Positions 17,090-33,325 of a stretch of DNA of 64,000 bases are shown piece by piece. This DNA comes from the human T2T-CHM13v2.0 reference genome, Homo sapiens. How positions within the stretch are numbered: the stretch's first letter is position 1; the number at the start of each line of letters is the position of its first letter. The stretch lies in NCBI RefSeq assembly GCF_009914755.1, contig NC_060947.1. One strand, 5' to 3'. A model generated the notes under the pieces. That model was not told the origin of the DNA. It ran no database searches and worked only from the letters and a program-made list of their open reading frames with translations. The position numbers were made by a program, and so were the translations under genes.

Positions 17090-20000
17090 TCCTAAGATTG
17101 AATCAGGAAGAATTAAAACTTTGAACAGACCAATATCTAGTTATGAAATTGAATCAATAATTAACCTACCAACCAAAAAAAATCCCCTAACAAGATAAAT
17201 TCACAGTTGAATTCTACCAGATATACGAAGAGCTGGTACCAACACTACTGAAACCATTGCAAAAAATCAAGGAGGGACTCCTCCCTAATTCATTCTATGA
17301 AAGCAACATCACCCTGATACCAAAACCTAAAAAAGAGACAATGGAAAAAAAGAAACTGGCCAATATCCCTGATGAACAAAGACACAAAAATCCTCATCAA
17401 AATACTAGCAAACCAAATCCAACAGCATATCAAAAAGTTAATTCATCACTTCAAGTAGGCTTTATTCCTGGGATGCAGGGTTGGTTCAACATATGCACAT
17501 CAATAAATGTGATTCACCACATAAACAGAATTAAAAACAAAAACCATATGATTATCTAAATAGGTGCAGAAAAAAAACTTTCAATAAATCCAACACCCCT
17601 CATTTAAAACTCTCAACAAACTAGGCATTGAAGAAACATACCTCAAAATAATAAAAGTCATCTATGACAAACCCACAGAAAACATCACAGTGAATGAGCA
17701 AAAGCTGGAAGCATTCCCCTTGATAACTGGAATACAATAAGGATGCCCACTCTCATCATTACTATTCAATGTAATACTGGAAGTCCTAGCCAGAGCAATC
17801 AGACAAGAAAAATAAATAAAAGGCAATCAAATAGAAAAAGAAGTCAAACTGTCTCTCTTCACTGACAATATTATTCTATACTTAGAAAACCCTAAAGATC
17901 CCACCAAAAGCCAACTGGAATGGATAAATGACTTCAGTAAAGTTTCAAGATACAAAATCAATGTACAAAAATCAGTAGCATTTCTATACACCAATAATGT
18001 TCAAGCTGAAAGACAAATCAAGAATGAAATCTCATTTAAAATAACTACAAAAAAGTAAAAGTCCTACAAATACAGTAAACCAAGGAGGTGTAAGATCTCT
18101 ACAGAAAAAAAACTACAGGCCAGGTGCAGTGGCTCACACATGTAATCCCAGCACTTTGGGAGGCCGAGGTGGGTGTATGACCTGAGGTCAGGAGTTCAAG
18201 ACCAGCCTGGCCAACACGGTGAAACCCTGTCTCTACCAAAAATACAAAAAAATAGCTGGGCGTGGTGGCACATGCCTATAATTCTAGCTACTTGGGAGGC
18301 TGAGGCAGGAGAATTGCTTGAATCCAGGAGACGGAGGTTTCAGTGAACCACAATCACACCATTGCACTCCAGCCTGGGCAACAAGAGTGAAACTTTGTCT
18401 CAAAAAAAAGAAAAGAAAAGAAAAGAAAAGAAAAACTACAAAATACTGCTAACAGAAGTCACAGATGACACAACAAAATAGAAAAACATTCCATGCTCAT
18501 GGATTGGAAGAATCAATATCACTAAATGGCTATACTGCCCAAACCAATCTACAGATTTAACACTATTCATATAAAACTACCAGCATCATTTTTCACAGAA
18601 TTGGACAAAAGTATTCTACCATTCACATGGAACCAAAAAAGAGCCTGAATAGCCAAAGCAATTTTAAACAAAAGAACAAAGCTGGAGACATTACATTACC
18701 GGACTTCAAACTATACTGCAAGGCTACACATTAACCAAAACAACATGTACCGGTACAAAAGCACACACATAGACCAAAGGAAGGGAATAGAGAACCCAAA
18801 AATAAAACTGCATACCTACAACCACGTGTTCTTTGAAAAAGTTGAAAAAAAATAGCAATAGAGGAAAGGATTCCTTATTCAATAAGTGGTGCTGGGATAG
18901 CTGTCTAGCCATATGCAGAAGAATAAAACTAGACTCCTACCTTTCACCATATAAAAAAATTAACTGAAGATGAATTAGAGATTAAAATGTAAAACCTCAA
19001 ACTGTAAGAATCCTAGAAGAAAACCTAGAATACACCATTCTGGACATTGGCCTTAAGAAAAAATATATGACTAAGTCTTCAAAAGTAATTGCAACCAAAA
19101 AAAAATTGACAAGTAGGACTTAGATAAACAAAAGAGCTTCCGCACAGAAAAAAAAAAACTATCAACAAAGTAAAGACAACCAAAAGAGAAAATATTTGTC
19201 AAATATGCATCTGCCAAAGGTCTAATTTGCAGAATCCTTGAGGAACTTAATTGAATAAGCAAAACTGAATTACCCCATTAAAAATGGGCAAAAAACATGA
19301 ACAGACATTTCTCAAAAGATGACATACAAGTATCCTACCAACATATGAAAAAATGCTCAATATCACTAATATTCAGAGGAATGAAAATCAAAATCACAAT
19401 GAGATACCATCTCACACCAGTCGAAATGGTGATTATTAAAAAGAAAAAAAAAGATGCTGGTGAGGCTTCAGAGAAAAAGGAACACTTATACACTGATGGT
19501 GAAAAAGTAAATTAGCTCAGCCACTGTGGAAAGCAGTTCAGTGATTTCTCAAAGAACTACCATTTGATCCAGCAGTTTCTTTACTGGGTATATATCCAAA
19601 GGAAAATAAATCGTTCTACTAAAAAGACACATGCACTTGTATGTTTATTGCTGTGCTATTCACAATAACAAAGATATGGAATCATCATGGTGCCCATCAA
19701 TGGTGGATTGGATAACGGAAATTTGGTTTATATATATCATGGAACACTATGCAGCCACAAAAAGAGTAAAATCATATCCTTTGCAGCAACGTAGATGCAG
19801 CTGAAAGCCATTATTCTAAGCAAATTTATGCAGGAAGAGAAAACCAAATATTGCATGTTCTCACTTATAAATGGGAGCTCAGCATTGAGCTGAGCATTGA
19901 GTACACATGAACATAAAGACAGCAACAATAGAGACTGGGGACTACTAGAAGAGGGAGGGAGGTGCAAATGTCAAAAAACTAACTGTTGTGTACTATGTTT

Positions 20001-20115
20001 AGTACCTGGGTTATGGGATCAATAATACTCCAAACTTCAGCATTACTCAGTATACTCAGGTAACAAACCTGCACATGTACCCCCGAATCTAAAATAAATG
20101 TCAAAGTTAAAAAAT
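17090..20115 (+). mobile_element. 5'-truncated L1PB/old L1PA, ORF2 to 3' end
   Basis: Peptides [16 protein letters not shown] and [14 protein letters not shown]; 3' end aacaaacctgcacatgtacccccgaatctaaaataaa. Confidence 0.9.
18118..18431 (+). mobile_element. AluS (Sx/Sq-like)
   Basis: Full Alu with (GAAAA)n tail, TSD aaaactaca. Confidence 0.95.
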
Positions 20116-20895
20116 AAAAACTGAGATGGCACTAATTACCAATATCAAAAATGAAGGTTGATGCATGTTCTAAAGATATTTAGAACCTAATAATCGATAT
20201 TTAAAACAACTTATGCTCATAAATTTGAAAACTTAAATGAAATGAAACACTTATTTGAAATATACAAACTACCAAAGGTAATTCAAGAAGAAAGAGAAAA
20301 TCTGAATAAACTTACACCTGTTAAAGAATTGGAATTTGTAGCAAAAACCTTTACCACAATCAAGACTGCAAGTTTAGGTGGCTTCACTAGTGACTTCTAC
20401 CAAACACTTAAATTAAAAAAAAAAAAAAGTACCCATTCTAAAGAAACTCGTCAAGAAAATGTTATGAGGTCAATATTTGCTTGATACCAAAACCACACAA
20501 AGTCATTACAAAAATTAAAACAACAGACCCATATTCATTATTAATAAAGATGCCAAAATTCTTTTTTAACTTTTATTTTAAGGTCAGTGGTACATGTGCA
20601 GGTTTGTTATATAGGTAAACATGTGTCATGGGGGTTTGTTGTACTGATTATTTCATCACCCAGGCATTAAGCCTAGTATCCATTATTATTTTTCCTGATC
20701 GTCTCCCTCCTCCCACCCTCCACCCTTCAATAGGCCACAGTGTGTATTGTTCCCTGACATGTGTCCATGTGTTCTAATCATTCAGCTCCCACTTATAAGT
20801 GAGAATATGCGGTATTTAGTTTTCTGTTCCTGCATTAGTTTACTAAGGATAATGCCCTCCTTCTCTATCCATTTCCCTGCAAAGGATATGATGTT

Positions 20896-21583
<688 letters not shown>

Positions 21584-24368
21584 TAATGGTTGCATAGTAT
21601 CCCATGATGTATATGTATCACATTTTCTTTATGCAGTCTAAGTCTATCACTGATGGTCATTTGGGTAGATTCCATGTCTTTGCTATTGTGAATAGTGCTG
21701 CAATGAACATATGCATCTTTATAATAGAATGATTTATATTCCTTTTGGTATATCAGCAGTAGTGGGATTGCTGTGTCAAATGGGATTTCTGTTTTTAGGT
21801 CTTCGAAGAATTGCCACAGTCTTCCACAATGATTGAACTAATGTACATTCCCACCAACAGTGTATAAGTGTCCCTTTCTCTCCACAACTTCACCAGCATC
21901 TGTTATTTTATGACTTTAATAATAGCCATTCTGACTAGTGTGAGTTGGTATCTCATTGTGGTTTTGATTTGCATTTCTCTAATGATCAGTGATGTTGAGC
22001 TTTTTTTCGTATGCTTATTGGCTGCATATATGTCTCCTTCTGAGAAGTGTCCATTCATATCCTTTGGTTACTTTTTTATGGGGTTGTTTTTTCTTATAAA
22101 TTTGTTTAAGTTCCTTATAGAGGTTGGATATCAGACCTTTGTCAGATGCATAGTTTGCAAAAATTTTCTCCCATTCTGTGAGTTGTCTGTGTAATCTGCT
22201 GATAGTTTATTTTGTTGTGCAGAAGCTCTTTAGTTTAATTAGATCCAACTTGTCAATTTTTGCTTTTGTTGCAATTGCTTTTGCATCTTCATCATGAAAT
22301 CATTGCCCATTACTTAGTTCAGAATGGTATTGCGTAGGTTGTCTTCCGGGGATTTCATAGGTTCAGATTTTACATTTAAGTCTTTATCTTGAGTTAATTT
22401 TTGTGTATGGTCTAAGGAAGGGGTCCTACTTGTACCTTCTGCATATAGCTAACCAGTTATCCCAGGACCGTTTATTGAATAGGGAGTCTTTTCCCCATTG
22501 TTGTTTTGTCAGCTTTGTTGAAGATCAGATGGTCACAGATGTGTGGTCTTATTTCTGGGCTTTCTGTTTTATTTCATTGGTCTATGTGCCTGTTTTTGTA
22601 CCACTACCATGCTGTTTGGGTTACTGTAGCCACGTAGTATAGTTTGAAGTTGAGTAAAGTGATGCTTCCAGCTTTGTTCTTTTTGCTTAGAATTGCCTTG
22701 GCTATTCAAGCTACTTTTTGGTTTCACATAAATTTTAAAATAGTTCATGATAGTTCTGTGAAGAATGTCATTGATATAATAGTTGGATAGAAATAGCATT
22801 GAATCTGTAAATTGCTTTGGGCAGTATAACCATTTCAGTGCTGTTGATTCTTCCTATCCGTAAGCATTGGATGTTTTTCCATTTGTTTGTTTCTTCTCTG
22901 ATTTCTTTGAGCAATATTTTGTAGTTCTAATTTTAGAGATCTTACACCTCCCTGGTTATCTGTATTGCTGGGTATTTTATTCTTTTGTAGCAATTGTGAA
23001 TGAAATTGCCTTTCTGATTTGGCTCTCAGTTTGGCTGTTGTTGGTGTATAGGAAGGCTAATGATTTTTGTATATTGATTTTGTATCCTGCAACTTTGCTG
23101 AAGTTGTTTATCTGCTGGAGGAACTTTTAGGCACAAACCACGGTTTTTTGTAAATATAGAATCATGTCATCTGCAAACAGGGAGAGTTTTACTTTCTCTC
23201 TTCCTATTTGGATGTTCTTTATTTCTCTTGCCTGATTATACTGTCTAGAACTTCCAATACTATGTTGAATAGAAATGGTGATAGAGGGCATCCTCAGCTT
23301 GTGCTGGTTTTCAAGGGGAATGCATCCAGCTTTTGCCTATTTAGTATATAATGTTGGTTGTGAGTTTTTTATATATGGCTCATTATTTTGAGGTATATTC
23401 CTTCACCACCTACTTTTTTGAGAGTTTTTAACATGCAACACTGTTCAACATTATCAAAAGCCTTTTCTGCATCTATTGAGATAATTATGTGGTTTTTGTC
23501 TTTAGTTCTGTTAATGTGATGAATCACATTTATAGATTTGCCTACGTTGAACCATCCTTGCATCTTGAGGATGAAGCCTACTTAATCATGGCAGATTAAC
23601 TTTTTGATGTGCTGCTGGATTTGATTGGCAAGTATTTTGTTAAGGATTTTTGTATCATTGTTCATCAAGAATATTGACCTGAAGTTTTCTTTTTTTGTTG
23701 TACCTCTGCCAGGTTTTTGTATCAAGATTACTCTGACCTCATAGAATGAGTCAGGGAGGAGACTCTCTGCCTCAGTTTCTTGGAATAGTTTATGTAGGAA
23801 TGGTACCAGCTCTTCTTTGCATATCTGGAGGAGTTCGGCATGAGTCCATCATGTCCCAAGCCTTGTTTTGTTTCATAGGCTATTTATTACTGATTCAATC
23901 TCAGAGCTCATTATGGGTCTGTTCAGGGAATCAATTTCTTTCTGGCTTACTCTTGGGAAGGTGTATGTTTCCAAGAATTTATCCTCTTTTCTAGGTTTTC
24001 TAGCTTGTGTGCATAGTAGTGTTTTTAGTAGTTTCTGATGGTTGTTTTTTTCTATGGGGTCAGTGGTAACATTCCCGTCAGCATTTTTAATTGTGTTTAT
24101 TAGGATCTTCTCTCTTTTATTCATTAGTCTAGGTAGTGGCCTATTTTATTAATTTTTTGTGGGAAAAAAAAGCTCCTGGATTCATTGATCTTTTGAATGA
24201 TTTTTCATGTATGAATTTCCTTCAGTTCAGCTCTGATTTTTGTTATTTCTCATCTTCTGCTAGATTTGGGGTCGATTTGTTCTTGCTTATTTAATTCTTT
24301 CAGCTGTGAAGTTAGGGTGTTAACTTGAGGTCTTTCTAAGTTTTTGATGTGGGTATTTAGTGCTATAA

Positions 24369-24625
24369 TTTTTTTTTTTTTTTTGAGAGGGAGTTTTGCT
24401 CTTGTCACCCAGGCTGGAGTGCAATGGCGCAATCTTGGCTCACTGCAACCTCGTCTCCTGGGTTCAAGCGATTCTCCTGCCTCAGCCTCCCAAGTAGCTG
24501 GAACTACAGGCACACATCACCATGCCTGGCTAATGTTTGTATTTTTACCTCCTGACCTCAAGTGATCTGCCCGCCTCAGCCTCCCAAAGTGCTGCGATAA
24601 CAGGCATGAGCCATCATGCCCAGCC
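24369..24625 (-). mobile_element. AluS with an internal deletion in the left arm
   Basis: gtatttttac joins directly to ctcctgacctcaag. Confidence 0.92.
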
Positions 24626-27399
24626 TGAATTTTCCTCTTAACACTGCCTTAGCTCTGTCTCAGAGATTCTGGTATGTTGTATCTTTGTTTTCATTAGTTT
24701 TAAAGAACTTCTTGATGTCTGTCTTAATTTCGTAATGTACCCCAAAGTCATTCAGGAGCATGTTGTTTAATTTCCATGTAATTGCATGGTCTTAGGCAAT
24801 TTTCATAATCTTGACTTCTGTTTTTATTATGCTGTGGTTGAAAGTGTGTTTGGTATGATTTTGGTTCTTTTACATTTGTTGGGCATTGTTTTATGTCTAA
24901 TTATGTGGTCAATGTTGGAGTATGTGCCATATGGCAATGAAAAGAATGTATATTCTGTTGTTTGGGTGTGCAGAATTCTATAAAGGTCTAAAATCCATTC
25001 GGTCCAATGTTGAGATTAGGCTTAAAATATTTTTGATAATTTTATTCTGCTTGATGATCTTTTCAATACTGTCAGTGGGGTGTTGAAGTCTCCCACTATT
25101 ATTGTGTTGGAGTCTATGTCTCTTCATAGATCTCTAAGAACTTGATTAGTGAATCTGGGTGCTCCTGTATTGGGTGCATATATATCTAGGATAGTTAGGT
25201 GTTCTTGTTTAATTGAACCTTTTTCCATTAGGTAATGCCCTTCTTTGTCTCTTTTGATCTCTGTTTGCTTGAAATCTGTTCTGTCTGAAATTAGAATTGC
25301 AACACATGCTTTTTTGCTTTCCATTTGCTTAGTAGATTTTCCTCTGTCCTTTTATTTTGAGCCCATGATTGTCATTATGTGTGAGATGGGTCTCTCAAAG
25401 ACAGTATACCACTGGGTCTTGCTTTTATTATCCAGCTTGCCACTCTGCACCTTTTAAGTGAGGCATTTAGCCCATTTACATTCAAGGTTACTTTGATACG
25501 TGTGGATTTGATCCTGTCATTGTGATGTTAGCTGGTTATAATGTTGGCTTGTTCTCATAGTTGCTTTACAGTGACACTGGTCTGTGTGTTAGTGTGTTTT
25601 TGTATTAGCTGGTAGCAGTCTTTCCTTTTGATATTTAGTGCTCCTTTCAAGATCTCTTGCAAGGCGGGTCTGGTGGTAAGAAATTTCCTCAACATTTGCC
25701 TATCTTAAAGTATCTTATTTTTCCTTCACTTAGGAAGTTTAGTTTGCCTGGATATAAAATTATTGGTTGAAGAGTTTTTTCTCTAAGAATGTTGAATATA
25801 GGTCCCCAATCTCTTCTGGCTTGTAGCGTTTTAGCTAAGAGGTGTGCCGTTAGCCTGATGGTGTTCCCTTTGCAATTAACCTGCCCTTTCTCTCTAGCTG
25901 CCTTTAACATTCTTTCTTTTTTGACCCTACGAATCAGACAATTATGTGTCTTGAGGATGATCTTCTTGTGTAGAATCTTGTAGGAGTGCTCTCTATTTCC
26001 TGAATTTGACTATTGGCCTCTCTAGCAAAGTTGGGGAAGTTTTCACAGATGATATCCTGAAATATATTTTCCAAGTTGTGTGCTTTCTCCGCCTCCATTT
26101 CAGGGATGCCAATGATTTGTAGATTTGGCCTCTTCACATAATCTCATACTTTTCAGAGGTTTTGTCCATTCCTTTTTATACTTTGTTCTTTATTTTTGTC
26201 TGTGTTATTTCAGAGAACCAGTCTTCAAGTTCTGAAATTATTTCCTTAGCATGGTTTATTCTGCTGTTAATACCTGTGACTGCATTGTGAAATTCTTGTG
26301 TTGTGTAATTCAGCTCTGTCAGATCTGTTAGGTTTTTTTTGTTTTGTTTTGTTTTTTTAACTTGCTATTTCAACCTTCAGTTCCAGTATTACTTTATTGT
26401 GATTCTTATTTTCCTTGGATTGGGTTTTGCCATCCTCCTGAATCTCAATGATCTTTCTTTCTAGCCATATTCTGAATTCTATTATGTCATTCCAGCCAGA
26501 TCAGCCTTGTTAAGAACTCTTGTTTGAGAACTGGTGCAGTTGTTTGGATAACATAAGACAATCTGGCCATTCGAGTTACCAGATTTTTTGTGTTGGTTTT
26601 TCTCATCTATGCATGTGGGTGTTCCATTAACTGCATTGTAGATTGAGTACATTCAATAGACTTCTTTCCTGGATGTTTTCACCAGGCCAAGGCATTGTGT
26701 AGGGTCTTTACTTGAGGCTGACTTCTCATCTCTGGTTTTAGATGGGTGTATATTAGTGAAATATTTTTGGTGTTCACTCTATGCTGTGTGATCCAGCAGG
26801 TGGCACTTAGGCTTATTGGTCAATTGGTAGACTCTTGAATGGCTTTGTGGCTTCCTTATGTGTCCACACAGTTGCAGCTCTGTTCCCTTTCAATGCTCTG
26901 AAAGTGTGGGTTCATCTCCTGCTTGAGTGCTGGCTATAGATCTTGACTTGGTACTCCTGGGCTACCCACTGCAGCTCTGGGGCAATCTCATTGTTTATGT
27001 TTCTTCTCCAACTTGGAGGCAGCAGAGGAAGGGATCTTAGTAGTCATTGTGGCCAAGGGTCACTTATTTGTCTTCTGAGGGCTCCACCCCAGAGAGATGC
27101 AGATCAGCAATTGCTCAGTGCAATCATCCCAGGATGGAGAATCTATGCTGTGGGCCCAAGCCAAGGGTTCCCTGTCTAATGTGTGTGGGATCCATGGGAG
27201 ATGGACTGGCCTCTTTATGGGTCAGCTGTAGCTTCTTGGAGGTACTTAGGGTCTTCGCTCCTTTGTTAGTCTGATGATGGCAAGGGCAGTTCCACTGCAG
27301 AGGCAGTGGCAGAGAGGCCTTCAGTTGCTCCTGGAGGCTCTGCACAGGGAGTTACCTGTGTCTTGATGGTTCTGGTGGAGGATGGCTGGAATCTGAAGC

Positions 27400-28760
27400 C
27401 TGGAGCACCTGCCTGGTGAGGAGATATGGGAATGGGCACCCACATAATAGTGTGACCACTTGTCCATAGGGCTGCTGTGGTATGGTTGGGGCCCACTCTA
27501 GTCCTCAGTTGCCTTGGATTTTCCAATACCTAGAGGTATCAGCCAAGAAGGCTATAAAACAGCAAAGATGCCAACCTGTTCCTCCCTCTGGAAGCTTCAT
27601 CTCAAGGAGTTACAGGCCTATTTCCAGCCAAAAGTCACCTGTAGAAGGTGTCTGGAGACTCTGGTTTGGAGGTCCCACCCAGTGAAGAGGAACTGTATCA
27701 GGGACATGCTTAAAAAATCAACCTGGCCATGTTTTGGTAGAGCAGCTGTGCTGTGGTGGGGTTCCACTTTAGCCCCTCGTTGCCTCAGACACTCCAAAGC
27801 CTGAAGGCTGAAATGGCTAAGTGGCCCAAACAGCAAAGATGGTGGCCTGCCCCTCCCTTTAGGAGCTCTGTCCCAGGGAGCTCTCTGTCCCAGGGAGCTC
27901 TTACAAATCTCTGTTGGCCAAAGAACATGGACAGGGGTGGTTGGAAGCCCAGTTTGGGAGGTCACACCCAGTGAGTAGGAATGGGAATGGGGACCCACTT
28001 AAAGTAGTCTGGCCATGTTTTGGTAGGGTGGTTCTGCTGTGCTGGGAGATCCTTTCCACCCCAGTCGGCTCAGACTCTCCAATGCCCAAAGGCTGAAACA
28101 GCTAAGTTGCCCAAACAGCAAAGATGGTGGCCCACCCCTTCTTCTGGGAGCACCATCCCAGGGAGAATTCAACTCTCTGTTGGCTGGAGAACACCAGTGG
28201 TGGTGGCTGCAGCACCTGGTTGGGAGGTCCCACCCAGTGAAGAGGAGTGGGATCAGCGACCTACTTAAAGAAGTAGTCTGTCTGAAGGCTCTACTTCCAC
28301 AGCACCTCATAAGATAAGACCCACTGGCTTGCTTAAAGAAGTAGTCTGGCTATGTTTTAGTAGAGCATCTGTGCTGTGCTGAGGGATCCCTTCCACCCCT
28401 GGTCAGCTCAGACTCTCCAAAGCCTAAAGGCTGGATCAGCTAAGTTGCCCAAACAGCAAAGATGGTGGCCCACCCCTCCCTCTAGGAGCACTGACGAAGG
28501 GGGGAATTCAAATCTCTGTCAGCTGCAGGATATGGGTGGAGGTGGCTAGAGGCCCCATTTGGGAGGTCCTGCCCAGTGAGGAAGAATGGAATCAGGCACC
28601 TGCTCAAAGAAGTCTGGCCATGTTTTGGTAGAGCAACTGTGCTGTGGCGCAGGATCCTTTATGCCCCCAGTCAGCTTGGACTCTCCAAAGCCTGAAGGGT
28701 GGAATGGTTAAGGTGCCCAAACAGCAAAGATGGTGGCCCACCCTTCCCCCTAGGAAGCTC
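27400..28760 (-). repeat. Tandem ~270-340 bp units in the L1 5'UTR
   Basis: aacagcaaagatg recurs near 27560, 27830, 28115, 28453 and 28721; ggaggtcccacccagtga-like motifs recur too. Confidence 0.88.
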
Positions 28761-29370
28761 CTTCTTAGGGAAGGGCAATGCCACTACCAGTGGCTGGCTG
28801 GAATTCCAAGCCAGTGGGTCTTATCTTGTGAGGTGCCACGGAAGTAGAGCCTTCAGGCTGTCACTGCTCAGCCCCCTGGATTCAGCCTCTTTCCTGGGGG
28901 TATGTATGGGGGTCTAACCTCCTATTTTGCTGGAGCTGCAGCTACTTTTGCCAGAAATCCCCAGTATCTAAGGTTCCAGGGTTTCCACGCATGCCTGAGC
29001 AGCTGCTCTGCCAAGACTCCACATAGCTCTGTGTGTCAGACTGAAGGCCCTAGCGGAGTGAGTTCACAAGGATATCTCCTGACCCAAGGGTTGCAAAGGT
29101 CCATGGGATAAGCATAGTTTTTCACTGTGGCACATTCACTCACTGCTTACCCAGGCAGGGAAGTTCCCCTGGCTCTGTGTTGCTCCTGGGTGCATCATTG
29201 TTCTGTCTTGCTTTTCTTCATTCTTCATGGGTCAAGTTGTTTCCTTGATTAGCCCCAATGTGAGTACCTGAAGGTTTCGGTTGAAGGTGTATTTACTCAC
29301 CCCTTCCATTCCTCTCCTTGAGAGCCATGCATGCTAGCTGCTTCTAGTCAGCCATCTTGGCCACTCCCCC

Positions 29371-29715
29371 CATATACAAATGTTAACTCAAAATGGATCA
29401 CAGACCAAAATTTAAAACCTAAAAGTAAAAAACTCCTAAAACAAAATATAGGAGAAACTCTTTGTGACCTTAGGTTAAGCAAAGATTTAATAGGTAAGAT
29501 ACCAAAATCCCAATCCACAAAAGAAAATATCAATAAATTGGGACTTCATCAAAATAAAATTTTCTGTTCTTTGAATGATAATGTTAAGAGAATGAAAAGG
29601 CAAGCAACAGAGGAGGAAAAAATATTTGCATGTCATATATATGATAATGGACTTGTATTCATAATAAAGAACTCTCGAAATTGAATAATTAAAAAAAGAC
29701 AGTCCCAAAAATCTT
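29371..29715 (+). mobile_element. L1M ORF2 3' fragment
   Basis: Peptide PYTNVNSKWITDQNLKPKS...KRMKRQATEEEKIFA. Confidence 0.8.
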
Positions 29716-29898
29716 TTTGACACAACAATCTCATTAAACTGATATTGATTTTTTATTACTTTTGTGATAGAAACCAAAGAAAACTCCATAATTGTGTCAA
29801 CTCCTGTTAAGGGCAAAGAGAGGAATATCAGCCATGGGAGATTAAAGAATCAGCTGCTGAGCTTCTATTTGTCTTAGATAACTAGAAGGGACATTTTA

Positions 29899-30448
<550 letters not shown>

Positions 30449-30589
30449 TTATATCATTTTTATTCCTAAATTTTCACAGTTGATTATCTATAATAAAAGA
30501 GTAATAGTGACTGTATCTGAAGAAAGCAGTATTTCATTTTGGTTTAACTCTAAGCAGAGCAGTATATTATGCAGATAAAAGTTAAAGAG

Positions 30590-31930
<1,341 letters not shown>

Positions 31931-32194
31931 CTACACTTTTTCCCAACAGAGAACTTACACAAGATTACATGATCCTTATTCCCAACTCAATCAAAAAGGT
32001 TGGTGTTAATGGCATCCGGTCTTGCAAAATAATTTTCAAATCTCATCACAATGGAAAAAGAAAACTCTGGAAGCTTACTATATAACATTTTGCAATAATA
32101 TGCTTCCTAAACAAATAGCTAAGCCTTGGTTTTCTTTTTGAATTTTCTGACAAAATGTTATTTTAATTGAAGGCTTTAAAGTTCGATATTTCAT

Positions 32195-33325
32195 AATCAG
32201 CAGAGTAAACAGATAACCGACAGAATGGGAGAAAATATTTGCACACTAAGCATCCAGCAAAGGACTAGTATCCAGAATCTACAAGTAACTCAAATCACCA
32301 AAAAAAATATAATAATCACATTAGAAAGTGGGCAAAGGACATGAATAGACATTTCTCTAAAGAAGATATGCAAGGCCAGGCACGGTAGCTCACTCCTGTA
32401 ATCCCAGGACGCTGAGGCAGGAGAACTGGTTGAACCCGGAGACGGAGGTTGCAGTGAGCGGAGATCGCGCCACTGCACTCCAGCCTGGGGACAGTGTGAG
32501 ATTCTGTCTCAAAAAAAAGAAAAGAAAAAGATATACAAATGGCCAATAAACATATGAAAAGATGCTCAACATCACTAATCATCAGGGATATGCAAATTAA
32601 AACCATAATGAGATATCACCTTACCCCAGCCAGGATGGCCATTATTTAAAAAGTCAAAAAACAGTAGTTTTTGGCATGGATGTGGAGAGAAGGGAACCCT
32701 TATGCACTACTAGTAGGAATGTAAATTAGTACAACCTCTATGGAAACCATCATGGAGATTCCTTAAAGAGCTGAAAGTAGAGCTATTCAATCCAGCAATC
32801 ACACTACTGGGTATCTACCCAAAGGAAAATAAGTCACATCAAAAAGATACCTGCACTTGCATGTTTATTCCACCATAATTTGCAATTACAAAGATGTGGA
32901 ATAAACCTAAGTGCCCATCAATTAATCAGTGGATAAAGAAAATGTGGCTTATATACACCATGGAATACTATCAGCCATTAAAAGGAATGAAATAATGCAT
33001 TTTGCAGCAACTTGGATAGAGCTGGAGACCACTATTCTAAGTGACTTAACACAGGATTGGAAAACCAAAACCATATGTTCTCACTTATAAGTAGGAGCTA
33101 AGATATGAATATGCAAAGATATACAGAGTGATATAATAAACTTTTGAGGTTCAAAAGTGGGAAGATGAGAGAGGGCCTAGGGCTAAAAAACTACACATCA
33201 GGTACAATGTACATGACTCAGGTGATGGATGCACTAAAATCTCAGAATTCACTACTATATAATTCTTCCAAGTGACAAAATACCACTTGTACTCCAAAAG
33301 CTATTGAAATAAAAAATATAAACTA
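32195..33325 (+). mobile_element. L1PB-type 3' end
   Basis: ORF2 C-terminus and 3' end ccacttgtactccaaaagctattgaaataaaaaa. Confidence 0.88.
32374..32525 (+). mobile_element. Monomer-length Alu (left-arm start fused to right arm)
   Basis: ggccaggcacggtagctca...cccagg joined to gctgaggcaggagaa; TSD aagatat(g/a)caa. Confidence 0.88.

Larger units (their letters stand above)
15400..20560 (+). mobile_element. Old L1M (L1MB/MC-like) 5' region and ORF2 pieces, hosting younger insertions
   Basis: L1M 5' motifs (gcagactccctgagttgagg) and A-rich ORF2 remnants at 16300-17085 and 20130-20560 (YKLPKVIQEERENLN). Confidence 0.7.

Noticed and set aside
27400-28760. Regularly recurring motif that could suggest a CRISPR-like array
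   Set aside because: The whole units are homologous, there are no unique spacers, and they lie in an L1 5'UTR in primate DNA
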